Positions 24,401-37,614 of a DNA stretch of 64,000 nt are shown in pieces; position 1 is the stretch's first letter, and each line of letters opens with the position of its first letter. Source of the stretch: Cenococcum geophilum. Taxonomy: Eukaryota. The DNA lies in the NCBI GenBank assembly GCA_050273025.1, contig CP158636.1:2046001-2110000 (forward strand), written 5' to 3'. Below the pieces are notes generated by a model. That model was given only the letters and a program-made list of their open reading frames with translations. It was not told the origin of the DNA and did no database searches. Made by a program: the position numbers and the translations under genes.

Positions 24401-27400
24401 AATGCAACTAGTCTTAATTTACTGTTATTATTGTACTAGGAAAGGACTTCGCTAAAAGCCTAATTTAACACGTCTATTTTTACTACTGTTTTTTTAAATA
24501 GTTATAGTATGCTAGTACTAGTGCTAAGGCAAAGGCTCCCTTAAGGGCCTTAAACGATTTAGCTTATTTTAGTCCCTATAGCTATCTAATATCCTTCTTT
24601 AGGAGTTTTATTATAGGTATAGCGACGGTAGAGTAGCCTTAGATAAATTATTAGTAGAAGTTTATAAAGCTAAGAAATTATTATAGTTTTTTAATTAATA
24701 TCGGGTCCTTCTATTCCTATAAGGCCTATACCTTCTTAGGGTCTATAGTTATGCTATTAGTTAAGATAATTAAGCTAAGGTATTTTATTTTAGTAGCGTA
24801 GAACTTAGACTTATTAATATTAATCTAAAGTCCAGTATTACTAAGTCTTTAGATAACTTTATTTATATACTTAGTATACTTAGCGCGTATTTTAAAAAAG
24901 ATAAGGACGTTATTAAGGTAGGTAGTATAGTAGTTATTAAGGGCGTTATAAAGGCTAAATAGTATAACTAGTATTTTATAGAGTCTAAACCGGGTAATAA
25001 ATACTATAAGCTACTTATGGCCTTTTATAATCCGAATCTGGTTAAACGTAGTAATTATATTAAGTTTAGTAAAGTACTTAGCACTATAAAGTACGTTAAG
25101 TATCTTGCGGATTAGTAGCAGTAGGTACCAATTCTTAATAGTAACTATGTTTAGGCCTTAGTAGCTATAGTAGATTTATATACCGCCGCCGGGCTTAGTA
25201 GCGAGGAGGAGTAGTATAGTAGCTAGTAAGGTTAATTTGCGGATAAAACCCTTATCTAGCATTTTATTAATCCATTTCTTTATATACCTAAGTTTAGTAG
25301 GTAAGAGTAGTCTATTTTTATAGTACGGGACCTAGTTTCTGGGGATAATCTTAATTTTATAATCCTATAGTTGGTAAGGGGGTAGCTTATTTATATTTTT
25401 AGGGAGTGTTATAGTACGTGCGGACTGTTAAGGTATGATATATAAGGTGACTATATATAATTGACAAACGATGTTATATAAGGAGCTATATAGGAGGTAA
25501 GGCGGTATATATACGTATCGCTTAGGGGTTAGGTCCGTACTTATGTATACATGTATATAAGCTATAATAACGCGTTAGGTTAGTGCCGTAATAATATATC
25601 CCTCCCTAATAAGGCGAGCTCCTATAAGCTAAGTAACGGTAGTAAAAATATAGAGGTAAAAAAATAGATATATATCCTTATCCTTCTAGTCCTTAAAGGT
25701 TCTCGTTCTTTTAGTCCTTAAAGGTCCTCGTCCTTATAGTTCTTAGACCCTCCTACCTATATCCCTACTACATTGCTCTCCGCTAGTGCTTGTCTTAAGT
25801 ACTAAATAAAGCTAAAGGCAAAGGGGTAAAATAAAGGAGATAAGAAAAAATTTATCTACGGGGTATATGGCGGATATTAATACTTAAAAGGCTTAAAGTT
25901 ATAGAGATTAAGGTTAAGGCGTAAACTTAAAAGGCTTAGGGGTTATAGAGATTAAGGTTATTACGTAAACTTAAAAGGCTTAGAGTATAGAGATTAAGGT
26001 TAAAACATAAATTCTTATCGCGGTAAACTTAAAGTACTATCTATATGGATTTAAAGACGGAAAGACGGAGAGATTAAAATCGGTAACCTATAGTCTTATA
26101 CTATAATCAAAACATAAGGAATATAGCCTGTAGGGTATCTCCTTATAGCCAGCTTTAAAAACTTGGAATATAAAGTAAAAGTATAGCTAGATATAGAGAC
26201 TCGGAGACTAAGATAGAGAAACTATAGCCTATAGGGTAAACTCCTTACAGCCAGCTTAGGAAACTTAGGTAAACACTAAAACTAAGAAATATAGCCTATA
26301 GGGTATCTCCCTACAGCCAGCTTAGAAACTTAGGAAGGAAATAAAGAGGTTAGCTTAAGAATTTAGATAGATTTAACAGAGATTTTACTAGGTCGGCATT
26401 ATTATATAAGGGTAAGAATCCCGCCTAAGGTAGGGTAGCTTAAAAAACGTGGCTTTAAAAACTGTAATGAAGCCTTATAGGAAATACTACGGTGGACTTA
26501 TTAATGGGATAGGTATATAGGTATAGAATAGTTAATAATATAAATATAACTAGTGGACTGGTTACCTAATAGATTAACTCTAATTATATTCTAAGATTTA
26601 CTACAAAGGAGAAAACTATCTAAGTAGGGACTGTAGTCCTTTAAATATATAACCGTACTCCTAAGAAATCCCTTTTATACGTAAGGTACGTGTTATATAT
26701 ATTATACATACGTTCCCTTTATACACTATATATACTACATATAACGTTATATAACTTTAGTTACTATTCCTTATTATATAGCTCTATTAGCTCTATTTTA
26801 GACTATACCTAAATTAACTAACTAGCTTCTTTTAACTCCTTTTTTAGTAGTTATAATATTGTACTTAAAGCGTCCGTAACACTATCTCCCTTCTTTCCAT
26901 CTTTATTCTTAAAGACACTTAATATCTTTAAGTTATTTACTAGAGGTATAATATCCATCTAATTAATTTAGTTAATATTATTACTTATTATACATAAAGC
27001 TTCTTCTTCTTCGCAAGCGCAACGCCGTGCTCGTACTATTGCTGTGATATTATCTCTTAGTAAGATTATACCGTCTCTGTATTCTCGCTATTTAAAAGAG
27101 GGGTTAGTTTATATTATATTAGTAAGTCTATCTTCGCAATAACTGTCCTCTTATTTAGAGTGCATTAAAGTAAATATTTATTTATCCTATAACATTTACT
27201 TTGTCTTTAATACTAAATATACGCAACCTATTGCTTTTAATAATCGTCTAGTTTCTTAATTAATTTATCTTAGGGTTTTATATTTAATCTACTACTACGC
27301 AGCTAGATAGTAAACTGTCTAAAGCCCTTACTAAGTTAAAACGTTCTTATAATGTGGAGCAGAAGGCCCTTAAAGCCTATATTACGACGTCTACTTAGTT

Positions 27401-30400
27401 ACTTCGTCTTAAAAAGGGTTGTAAAAAGGTTTATTTTAAGGAGTAAAAACTTATAAAATAAGATTTATAGGAACTTAGCGATAAAAAAACAAATTCTCTT
27501 TTAATAGGGAAGGAAATAAATCTAAGTAGCTCGGCAACTGCTCTTTTTAGGTCCCCCTTAGGTGACTTATTCTTTAGTAATTCTTCTTTATTAATACTGC
27601 CTAACCTAATCTCTTCTAATACTCCTATACCTTTCTTATAGCAATTTTTAAATTCTCTAATAGCTTCTAGGTAGTCTTAGTGTAGCCTATCTACTTAACT
27701 TTATACTATATTTTATTATTAATATCCTTATAACTAATAATCTTTAAAACTTACTATTTATCTTTTTCCTGTCCTTTATATATGTCTGCTTTATAAACTA
27801 GTGGTTTAATATTCCTATATACTAGCTTTAGTATTATAATATACTATATAGGGTAGATCTTTATCTTAGCTAATAGGTTTAACTTAAATATAACTAGTAA
27901 AATCCTCTATATAATTTTAAAAGGTCCTAGTCTAACATAATCTATCTTCTTACTTAGTTATTAACCCTTAAAATTTTTGTATAGTAGCCACACTTTATCT
28001 CCCTCTTTAAGATCTAGTCCCTTAGATCTCTTAGCGTTATAGTACCTTTTTATTCTTTTTTATACCTTTTTTACTAATTCTATAAGGTTTATATAAAGAT
28101 TTATTAATATCTTTATTCTTTCTTTAGCTATGCTACTTATTTTTTTTTACTTATTATAGTAACAATAATATTCTTAGCTTATATCCATAATTTACCTTAA
28201 ATAGTAATATGCCTATTCCTTCCTATAGTGTTATATTATATATAAACTATATAACTAGTAATAGCAATACCTAATTATTCTATATATAATTAATATAATG
28301 CCTTAGATACTATTCTAGCGTTTAATTTAGTCTTTTTATTTAACTATCTATTTGCGGATAATATATAGTAGAAGTTACTACTCTAATTCTTTACTCTACT
28401 AAGAATACTTCCTAGAATACTGCTATAAATCTTAGATCTCTATCTAATATAATTTTACTTAGTGCTCTATATCTTATAAATACTTCTTTAATATAGATTC
28501 TAGCAATATCTTCCGCTAAGATATCTTCTGTATATGCTATAAAGTAGCCCTATTTAGTTAACTTATTTACTATTACTAAGATTATATTATAATCTTATTT
28601 AGTAATAGGATCTCTTAATTTTAGTAACTTAATAATAAAGTCCTATAATATGACCTCCTATAGTCTCTCTAGTATTTTAATAGGTTATAGCCCTCTATAT
28701 AGCTTATACCTTATTAGTTTATTTCTTTAGTAATCTAGATACTTTTTTATTACTTTTCTTATAATATTTTAGATTCCGTTAATAATATATTTCTTTTAAA
28801 GTCTTAACACTAAGCCTATTACTCCATTATGTCATTAAGTTATTCCCTTATAGAAATCTTCCATAAAATACTCTACTATGCTCTTTAGGATATACTTTAC
28901 TTCTTAATTCTCGTATATATCTATCTATAAATCTTTTAATTATACTTTTAGAATTTTTTATACCTAAAAGCTTTCTAATATCTTATAGACTCTTTCTAGT
29001 TTATTATCCTCTTAAGTTACTACTAGTTTAGGGTAATTATATCTAATCCGTCTATCTTTATCTTTGCGTAGTATTGCTCCTAATAGCTTCTTATTATTTT
29101 ATAGTTTAGCTTTTCTGCTAAGTATATCTGCTCTTATATTTTTAGTTCCTTTAGTATACTAAATCTTAAAATAGTATTCTATAAGTATCTCTACCTATTT
29201 AACCTATTTATAATTAAGTTCTTTTATTATTAGAAACCCTATTAGGTTTTTATAATCTATCTTAACTATAAATAGTTTCTCTATACTTTATAAGAATGCT
29301 CTTTATTTTTTAAGTACTATAACTATACCTAATAACTCCTTATTATAGACATTATAGTTTAACTTTAGTAGTGTTATCTTTCTACTATAATATAATACTA
29401 TATGCTATACGTCCTTATACCTCTATAGTAAGTAAACTTCTAATATATAATCTAATATATTTATTTCCACAACCGTGTCTAGTCCTAGTTAGTAAATTTT
29501 AAGGATTAGTTCCTAGGTAAACAATTTCTTAAGTTCCTTAAATAACTTCTTTTACTTATCTCCCTATACCTATAGTTCCTCTTTCTTTATAAGCCTAGTA
29601 AATAGTTTAATATTCTTTAATTACTATGCTATAAACCTTCTATAGTAGTTGCAAAACTCTAAAAATAACCTTAACTATATTATATTCTCTAGTTCTTACT
29701 AACTTACTATAGCTTCGATCTTCTTTAGGTCTATACTAATATAATCTAGTTTAATAATAAATTTAATAAAATTGGTTTTTCTTATAAAGAACTCGCATTT
29801 CTTAATTACTACTAGTATCTATTCCTCCTATAATCTCTTTAAAACCTATTTAACATATTCCCTATACTCTTCCTTAGTTATTAAGTAGATAATAATATTA
29901 TTAAGGTATACTATAATAAACTTATTAAGGTGTTCTCCTAATATACTATTAATTCGTTTTTAAAATATTACTAGTACGTTTATTAATCCAAATTATATAA
30001 CTAATAGCTTATATAGCCCTTCTCTTAATCTAAAGGCTGCTTTCTATTTGTTAGCTTCCTTAATTCTAATTTAATGGTACGCCTCTCTTAGATCTATCTT
30101 TATAAAGATTTATACGTTACCTATCTAATCCTAAATTTTACTAATTAAGGGTAAAGAATACCTATCCTTTTAAGTAATGCTATTTAACTGCTTGTAGTTA
30201 ATATATAACCTAAGTTTTCTATTCTTCTTTAGTATAAATAGTACTAAATAACCTACTAATAATTGTAATGGTTTAATATATCCCTTTTATAAGTTTTCCT
30301 AAATAAACTCTTTAAGTACTCTTAACTCTTCTTTAGTAAGCTTATAAGTTGGAAAGAACCTTAAACTTATTCTTAGTTCTAACTCTATCTTATAGTTCTA

Positions 30401-33400
30401 TACTATATAATTTACTAACTTTTTACTTTTTAGGCTTTATAGTTTCTTACTATACTTATAATATCTCTTTAGTATATAACTTAAGCCTTACTTAGTCTCT
30501 TTATATATCGCTCTAACTTAGTACTATACTAACTTAATTTATTATTACATTTTACGGCATTAAGTATCTCTAATATTAACCTAACCTATAATCTAATTAA
30601 TTTTTAGATTATATTTCTATAACTAAGGCGTTCCTAATACTGCCTTATCCCGTCCTAATAGTAGGATATTAAAAGATATCTTAATTTATTTTCCTTTAAT
30701 GGTTATCTAAATAGGTCCTATTTTAAGGTTAATAATCCCTCCTCTATAGGCTATTAGATCTCTTAAAATTATAACTAATAAGTAAGGTTATTTCTTTTAT
30801 CTATAAGGTAATCCTATTCTCTTAACTACTACTAATAAGATATAGTTCCGTATTACTCTACTATCTATTAGCGCTTTAAACTATTAATCTTACTACTTAA
30901 CTTATAAATTTAGGTATTATTCTTAAATTCCTTTAAGGGTCTAAGGCTCTACTACTAGCTCCCTTTAATTTTATAGGCCTCTACTTTTCCTAACTATTAG
31001 CTGCTTAATCCTATTATACTTAGCTTACTCTTTAGCTAATACCTAGTTTACTTTTTATCTTCTATATACTATAGACATATATTCTCTAAGCATTTTTACT
31101 ACTATTATCCGTCTAAGTATTCTTCTATAAGGAATCTTCCTAGTTAAAGTATTAAATATCCTAACTCCTAAACTTCTATTAGATGCCAGCTATATATATA
31201 CTTAGTATTTCTATACTATTATTTATCTAGCGCCTAATATATCTTTATAGGGTATTTCTAATTCTTTTTCTTTAAATTCTTATATATTTTATATATATCG
31301 TCCACGTATACAATCTATAATAGCGTATAGTATACTAGGTGCTTTAGGTTAACTCTTAACTTATCTTTATTTTAAGTTTAAATCTTTATTATATTAATCT
31401 AAACGTTATAACTTTATTTATAGGTACTAAGATACGCCTCTCGCTTCTTTAGTCCTCTAATTATTTTTCTAGATCCTTTAACATTATAATTAAGGCTTCT
31501 TTAATATAAGTTATGGCCTTCTCTATAATTAGGTGGTTATAGATAACTTATTTATCCAACTATATATAGAAATCTTTCTACTTATTGTTATGTCTTTGCC
31601 TATACTACTTTTAGTATAGCTACTAAAGTATATATAGCTTATCTATAAGGAAGTATCTTCTTATTACTACGTTATAATAGCCCTTTATATATTGTTTTTT
31701 AAATCTAGTAGGGGTTTCTAAATTCTCTTTATTTTCCAATTTAGTAAGCCACTTAGCTCTTAGTATGCCTGCCCTAGGCCTATTAGTAATTCTTTATACT
31801 AGTGCTCTATCTCTTATACAACCTAATATACTAGATCTCTTATCTAGTTTCTGTTCTTGCTATATAATAATTCTTTATCTAAATTCTTTTATAGTTTTTT
31901 TTGGTTTATATCTTATAGATAGATCCTTAATGTTTTCTTACTTTTTAATCTTAGTATTAGCATTTTAATCTTATTACTAAGCCTTACTCGCAATTTCTTT
32001 AATAGTTTTTATTCTATTGCTAAGATCTTAGTTTTATAAGATTTTTAGTCCTAAGCTTACTTCTATCTTAAGCTTAGCTCTAGCCTTAGTTTAACTAGGC
32101 TTCTATAATATTTTTATCTTATCTTAAAACTCTTAAATCTTACTTATCTTATCTTAAAACTCTTATATCTTTAGGAAACTTTATCCTAAGCTTATTTATA
32201 TATCGCTAAACTAAGCTATTACTCTGCTCTATCGGTTATTGTCTGTTATAGGTCCTTAAGCTTACCTTATCTTATTTTAAGAATCTTAGTTATCTCTTAT
32301 CTTATCTTAAAAATCTTAAGCCTTTAGCCTTTTGCCTTTATTGAGTGCTAAAGTAGCTTACTATTCTACTTCTCTTATATCTTATAAAGCAATAGATATT
32401 ATATCTAGTAGGGTCTTAATCCCTACTAATATTCCCTATTCTGTAGTGGAATTATCCTCTACTTCTTATATAACATTTTTAACGTCTATATACTCCTAGT
32501 AAGCTGCCTTTATTACCTTATTATTACTAAATATTTCGCCTATATTAAACTTATTATCTTTAATATCTAATCTGCAAACTAGTTTATTAGTTTCTCTATA
32601 TTCTATTAATTATAGCTCTTATAGCTAATAGCTTGCGCTATATTTAGCGTTTTTATAAATTTAGTATACGTTATTATAATAAAACGCAAAACTTTTAATT
32701 AAATACTCTTTTGTTCCTTATAGCATATTATTATCCCTCTATACATATATATTGTCTACTAGTCTCATTCCTTTTACTATATAGTAACTTTAACTACTTC
32801 TATAGTCTTTAACATAATAACCATATTTTCCGTAATTTATATAAGCTCCTTTTTTAAACTATTTTTCTTACTATAGAGTCCGCCTAAACATCTTCTACTA
32901 CTAAAATCCCTGGCTTAGCCTTTACTTTTTAAACCTTTAATTACTTAATCCTTATCCTTTAGGTTTCTATAGTTATTTATTCTATTTCTTATTTTCTTTA
33001 GTACCACTTAGGTTTATTAGCTCTGTGCTATACTATAGTTTTTAACTTTAACTTTGCTAATATGTGCTCTGCGCCTTATACGACTATAAAACTTTATCCT
33101 AACCCTTCTTAGTCTACTCTTTTTAGTAGATCCTATTATTGATCTTAATTACTTAATTAGTTAACTCTCTAAGAGTATCCGTATCTTCTATTAGGATAAT
33201 TACGCCCTAGACTTTAGCTTTAAGTCCTTACTTATACTATGCCATAAGCGCTTTATTATTCTATTTAACTTATATTACTAATATTTAAAACTACGTTATA
33301 TATTCAATTACTAAAGTCCTTTATACTAGGTTTTAAAGCTTTTTTTTTACTATAATGGTTGCCTCCGGGTTTCTAAATATTTATGTTAATTATTCCGCGA

Positions 33401-34054
33401 ACCCGTTCTAACTTAAGAACATATACTATACCTCCTAGTTAGTGGTCGTTATGCTATATTCCTATACCTCTATAAGGTAAGGTTTAAACTACTTAAGTGC
33501 CCTTCCCGTTAAGAATAATCCTACGTAAGTAACTTAATCCGTAAGCGTTTTTAGCTTTACTCCTTCTTGCGTAACCTTAAAGTACATTTATATAAGGAAT
33601 CCCTTAAGCTTTAACCTCTCTCCTAAGAATTACTTAATTAAGGGTAACTTAACCTTAGCTGCTCTAATCCCATTAATCCTTTCTTTAAGTATCCTATTAT
33701 TATCTATTAATTAATTAACTATTTTTTATAGCTATTTAACAGTAACTAGTTACGAGTTAGTATTTACTATACTAATATTATTACCTAATCCTAAGGTAGT
33801 CGCCGCTGTTAACGCCGTTATAGCTATTGCTTTTAGTGGCATATTATTTAACTTCTTTTATTATAACCTTAGTAGTAAATGTGTAACGAAGCCTTATAGG
33901 AAATACTACGGTAAACTTATTAATAGGCTAGGTATATAGGTATAGAATAATTAATAACGTAAATATAACTAGTAGAGTAGTTACCTAATAGATTAACTCT
34001 AATTATATTCTAAGATTTACTACAAAGGAGAGAACTATTTAAGTAGGGATTATA

Positions 34055-35043
34055 ATAATATTCTCATTGCTTAACGTCTAATACGGATCCTATGCGGCCC
34101 ACGCAGACTACTCCGTTACAGGGGGAAAAACTTGTAGTTTACAGGAAGAAAAACCCTATAGTTGGGGGAGGAAAAACCCTATGAGCCACCTCAGTAGGAT
34201 GAAAAACCCCGTTTTGCCATATTTGTCTATAGCGGCGGCCCTGCGGGCCTACGGCTACGTCCTGTCCTCCTTAGATGTTCGAACTCTTTAGGAACCACTG
34301 CTTCCTTTACTAGGACATACAGTCCTTATAATTGATTAATTACTATACTATTGTTTCCCATATCTTGGCCATCCCCTATATACTATCTCTTTATTTAACC
34401 ATTACTATATACGCCATGCCTCCCCCCCCCTAAGGCCTATCGAAGGCGTAAGGGGGATTTATCCATAAACTACCACTACACTATACTATAAGGCAAGCGG
34501 GACGTGTATGCCTGGGTATCTTTTGTGCCTAGGCCCCAGTTACTAGGCCCTCGCCAAGGGTTACCACTCCTTAAGAGGAGACAGGAAAACCGTACGGTGT
34601 CGTCTAGGCTGCTAGGTATTTCTTGGTATTCGATAGTTGATGGCGAGTAACCGCATGCTCCGCGGGCGATCGCCCTGGGGGTTAGGAGGGGCCGTATATT
34701 TGCTCGTTGCTTATCCGTTCGCAATAGCTTGTTCGTCGATAGGAGGTTATCGATGCTTTCTATTGGGGGTCGGGGGATGCTATTAAGTGCCATGTATCCA
34801 TGTTGGATCGTACAGGTGCCTTAATAGGAGAATAGTGTTGCTGTTATCGTAGGGGGCACTTAGTGGTGGTTTTTGAGATCTCACCATCCCATATGAAAAC
34901 TTTTCACCACCGCCTATAATACCTATAACCACCACCACTAGGTCGTATCGCACGCTGTGCGACGTCTCTGCGTTGGCTCTAAGTCTAAAACTTAGGTTTG
35001 TAGCCGTCACCACGTACAGGTGCAGAGTCCGTTTTTGACAGCC
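34055..35043 (-). mobile_element. 989-bp non-coding SINE-like retroelement with a 5' HDV-like ribozyme, inserted in the 5' LTR of gypsy B with a 15-bp TSD
   Basis: taagtagggattata duplicated at 34040-34054 and 35044-35058; the sister LTR (~26621-26635) has a single copy; short (TAT)-like 3' tail; no credible ORF. Confidence 0.88.
34966..35043 (-). ncRNA. HDV-like ribozyme variant (78 nt) with GU/AC P1.1
   Basis: P1 GGCUGUC/GACGGCU (G1-U), J1/2 AAAAACGGA, P2 CUCUGC/GCAGAG, P3 ACC/GGU, L3 UGUACGU, P1.1 GU/AC, P4 CUAAGUU/GACUUAG, J4/2 AGCCAAC with the putative catalytic C at 34976. Confidence 0.85.
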
Positions 35044-35582
35044 TAAGTAGGGATTATAGTCCTTTAAATACACAACCGTACTCCTAAGAAATCCGCTTTA
35101 TACGTAAGGTATGTATTATACGTATTATACGTATGTTCCCTTTATATACTATATATACTGCGTATAACGTTATATAGCCTTAGTTACTATTCCTCATTAT
35201 ATAGCTCTATTAGCTCTATCCTAAACTATACCTAGATTAACTAACTGGCTTCTTTTAACTCCTCTCCTAGTAGTTATAATATTGTACTTAAAGCGTCTGT
35301 AATAGAAATAAGGCCCTACTAGGGGCGTATAAAATAACACAATATACTATTATAGTACGTATAAACTATTAAGGTATAATATATAAGGTGACTATATATA
35401 ATTAACAAACGATATTATATAAGGAGCTATATAGAAGGTGAGGCGGTATATATACGTATTGCTTAGGGGTTAGGTCCGTGCTTATATATACGCGTATATA
35501 AGCCATAACAACGCGTTAGGTTAGTGCCGTAATAGGGAGAAAGTGCTTAATATATTTACGAAACTCCTTTAGTAAGTATTAT

Positions 35583-37614
35583 TGTTCGGATCACGGTGGG
35601 GGGGTTTTTGGTTCAATTGTATTCGTCTTCTTTCTTTCTTTCTACTTCTACAGGTGGAATTTAACAGACCTCCTGAGCTCGCTTAGCTTACGTGATCAAC
35701 CCAATTGGTTACAAGTAACCGTATCCACCGTATTGCAAAACCTTATTCAGACACTGGCAACAACTAAGAAAATAAGAAAAGTGGTAAATAAGTCCATAGT
35801 CTCTATTTCTGTTCCCTTGCAAATTCGGTCCAAAACACCTCTACCTTGGGGTTGTCGTAATAACTAGAATAGGGTTCTATATTAAGATAGAAGTTAGAGG
35901 CTCCCTAATCTCCTTATTTAACGTCATCCTCAGTATTACCGTTGCTGCCCTTAAAGTTGGAGACATATTAACGTATTCTTTGGTCCCTTTCGTCTTTTAT
36001 ATAGTTTATAGACTAATATCCAGATTTATTACATACAAAGCACTTTTTGCCCTTGTTGCGGTGTTGGCGGTTAGGGGGGTAGTATCGTTAGTTAGAGGGG
36101 TGGTATCGTCGGTCGGTATAGAATAACTCAATCTCTTGTTCTTGTTTACCGTACGTCGCGATTAAGGATTTAATGTCGCTGATAAGGCCAGTAAGGGTAG
36201 TAGCAGGTCGAAAACAGGCTGGTTTGCAAGCTGATATATCTTAGCACGCAGTAAGGAGCTTATTATAGAATATTATGTCATTTTAAAGGTCCTTTACTAG
36301 CCCACATTATAGTTACCACATCTCGTCGATTAATACCTAAAATGCTTAGCCTGTATTAAGTCCTTTTTAAGCAGTAACTTGTTTAAGCGTAATTGCATTC
36401 CATTTTAATAGGATATTACGTTTATATTCGTCGCCTTTAAAGTATAATTTAAGGCCTATACATACATTCTCAAGAAGGTTAAAGTCTTTAAGGTGGGTAA
36501 AGTAGTATTTAAGAGCAAGGCCGCGGAGTATAGTAGGAATAGTAATAATGTACGCTTGCTTAGGGACACTAACTTAGAGGTAGTAGTTTTAGAAGATCTC
36601 AAACTTAAAATTAAAGTTATCTTATTCGCCAGAGTATTTAACTTCGTCCGTGTAGAGCTTAGCTAAGTTAGTAATCTCTCTTCCGAAGCTTCCTTGTAGG
36701 GCAAGCTGGTTTATGGCTGGGGTAGTTTAAATAGGAGCAGTCGATGGTAGAGGTGGGGTAGGGTCGTCAGTAGGGTCGTCGGTAGGGTCATCGGTAGGGT
36801 TGTCGGTAGAGTCGTCGACAGGGTCGTCAGTAGGGTCGTCAGTAGGCCATTTTAAGGGAGTTGGTTCGTGAATAGCTCCTAGGAGGCCGTCTACAATTAA
36901 CTTCCTTGCCTCCTTTCGTATATATACCCTATTTTCACAGAGGTAATCCCTAATCGTTTTTAATTGATCCTTACTAAGATCATTAAGTATATCCTTTATA
37001 AAAGACTTAAAGTCGTTAATAAAGCTCTCCTATAAGTCGAATCCCTTCTATCCTTTCTTCTCGTATATTAATAAACGCTAATTAACGAATGCTTTGACTT
37101 CCTTAATGTTGGTTACGGTCGCGTTAATTCCAGTCTCCTATTTTTCAGTATTTATCGCGGAGGTAGCCATCGCGGAGGTAGCCATCACGGCAGTATTTGT
37201 TGCGAAGGTAGCTATCTTTTGGTTCCGCAGTTAATTCAACAGTTAGACTAGAAGCGTGGATACACCCATAAACTAGTTGCTCTAAAGGCGTAATAGACGT
37301 AGGTTAGAAGCGCGAGTAACCTTATAAACTGGCCTTTGGGCTTAGCAAGCAATACCTTAATTCTTAGCCTTTAACAAGAGGTCTAGAGAATTAGACAGTA
37401 CCTCTCTTCGTTATACCTTACTGATCTATGTAGTACTAACCAGTGTTTGGATTACGGTGGGGGGGTTTTTGGTTTAATTGTATTCGTCTTCTTTCTTTCT
37501 TTCTACTTCTACAGGTGGAATTTGACAGACCTCCTGAGCTCGCTTAGCTTATGTGATTAACCCAATTGGTTATAAGCAACCGTATCCACCGTATTGCAAA
37601 ACCTTATTCAGACA
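35583..37614 (-). mobile_element. 2.0-kb gag-only LTR element (copia-like gag), 171-bp LTRs, TSD ATTAT
   Basis: LTRs 35583-35753 and 37444-37614 (TG..CA); ATTAT at 35578-35582 and 37615-37619; degraded gag with GKKCFVCNKSG knuckle (~36020-36050); no pol. Confidence 0.85.

Larger units (their letters stand above)
26463..35304 (-). mobile_element. Full-length RIP-degraded Ty3/gypsy element (family B), 419-bp LTRs
   Basis: LTRs 26463-26881 and 33882-35304 (419 bp after removing a 1004-bp insertion+TSD); PPT ggaaagaagggagatag on minus next to 26881; RT IIVYLNNIIIY (~29885-29917); flanks aaaac/gaaat compatible with a mutated GAAAC TSD. Confidence 0.9.
25407..35534 (-). mobile_element. TRIM-like non-autonomous LTR element (family A): 187-bp LTRs, ~0.9 kb of own internal sequence, TSD GGGAG; contains gypsy B
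   Basis: LTRs 25407-25593 and 35348-35534; GGGAG at 25402-25406 and 35535-35539. Internal 25594-26462 plus 35305-35347 is made of short repeats with no gag/pol motif seen. Strand is inferred from a purine tract only. Confidence 0.85.

Noticed and set aside
34170..34210. Possible hammerhead core (ctatgag...gaaa) on the plus strand
   Set aside because: Lacks CUGANGA, and stems I-III could not be formed
34809..34819. 11-nt duplicate (gcacctgtacg on minus) of the ribozyme P3/L3 segment
   Set aside because: No flanking P1/P2/P4, so not a second ribozyme; may be chance
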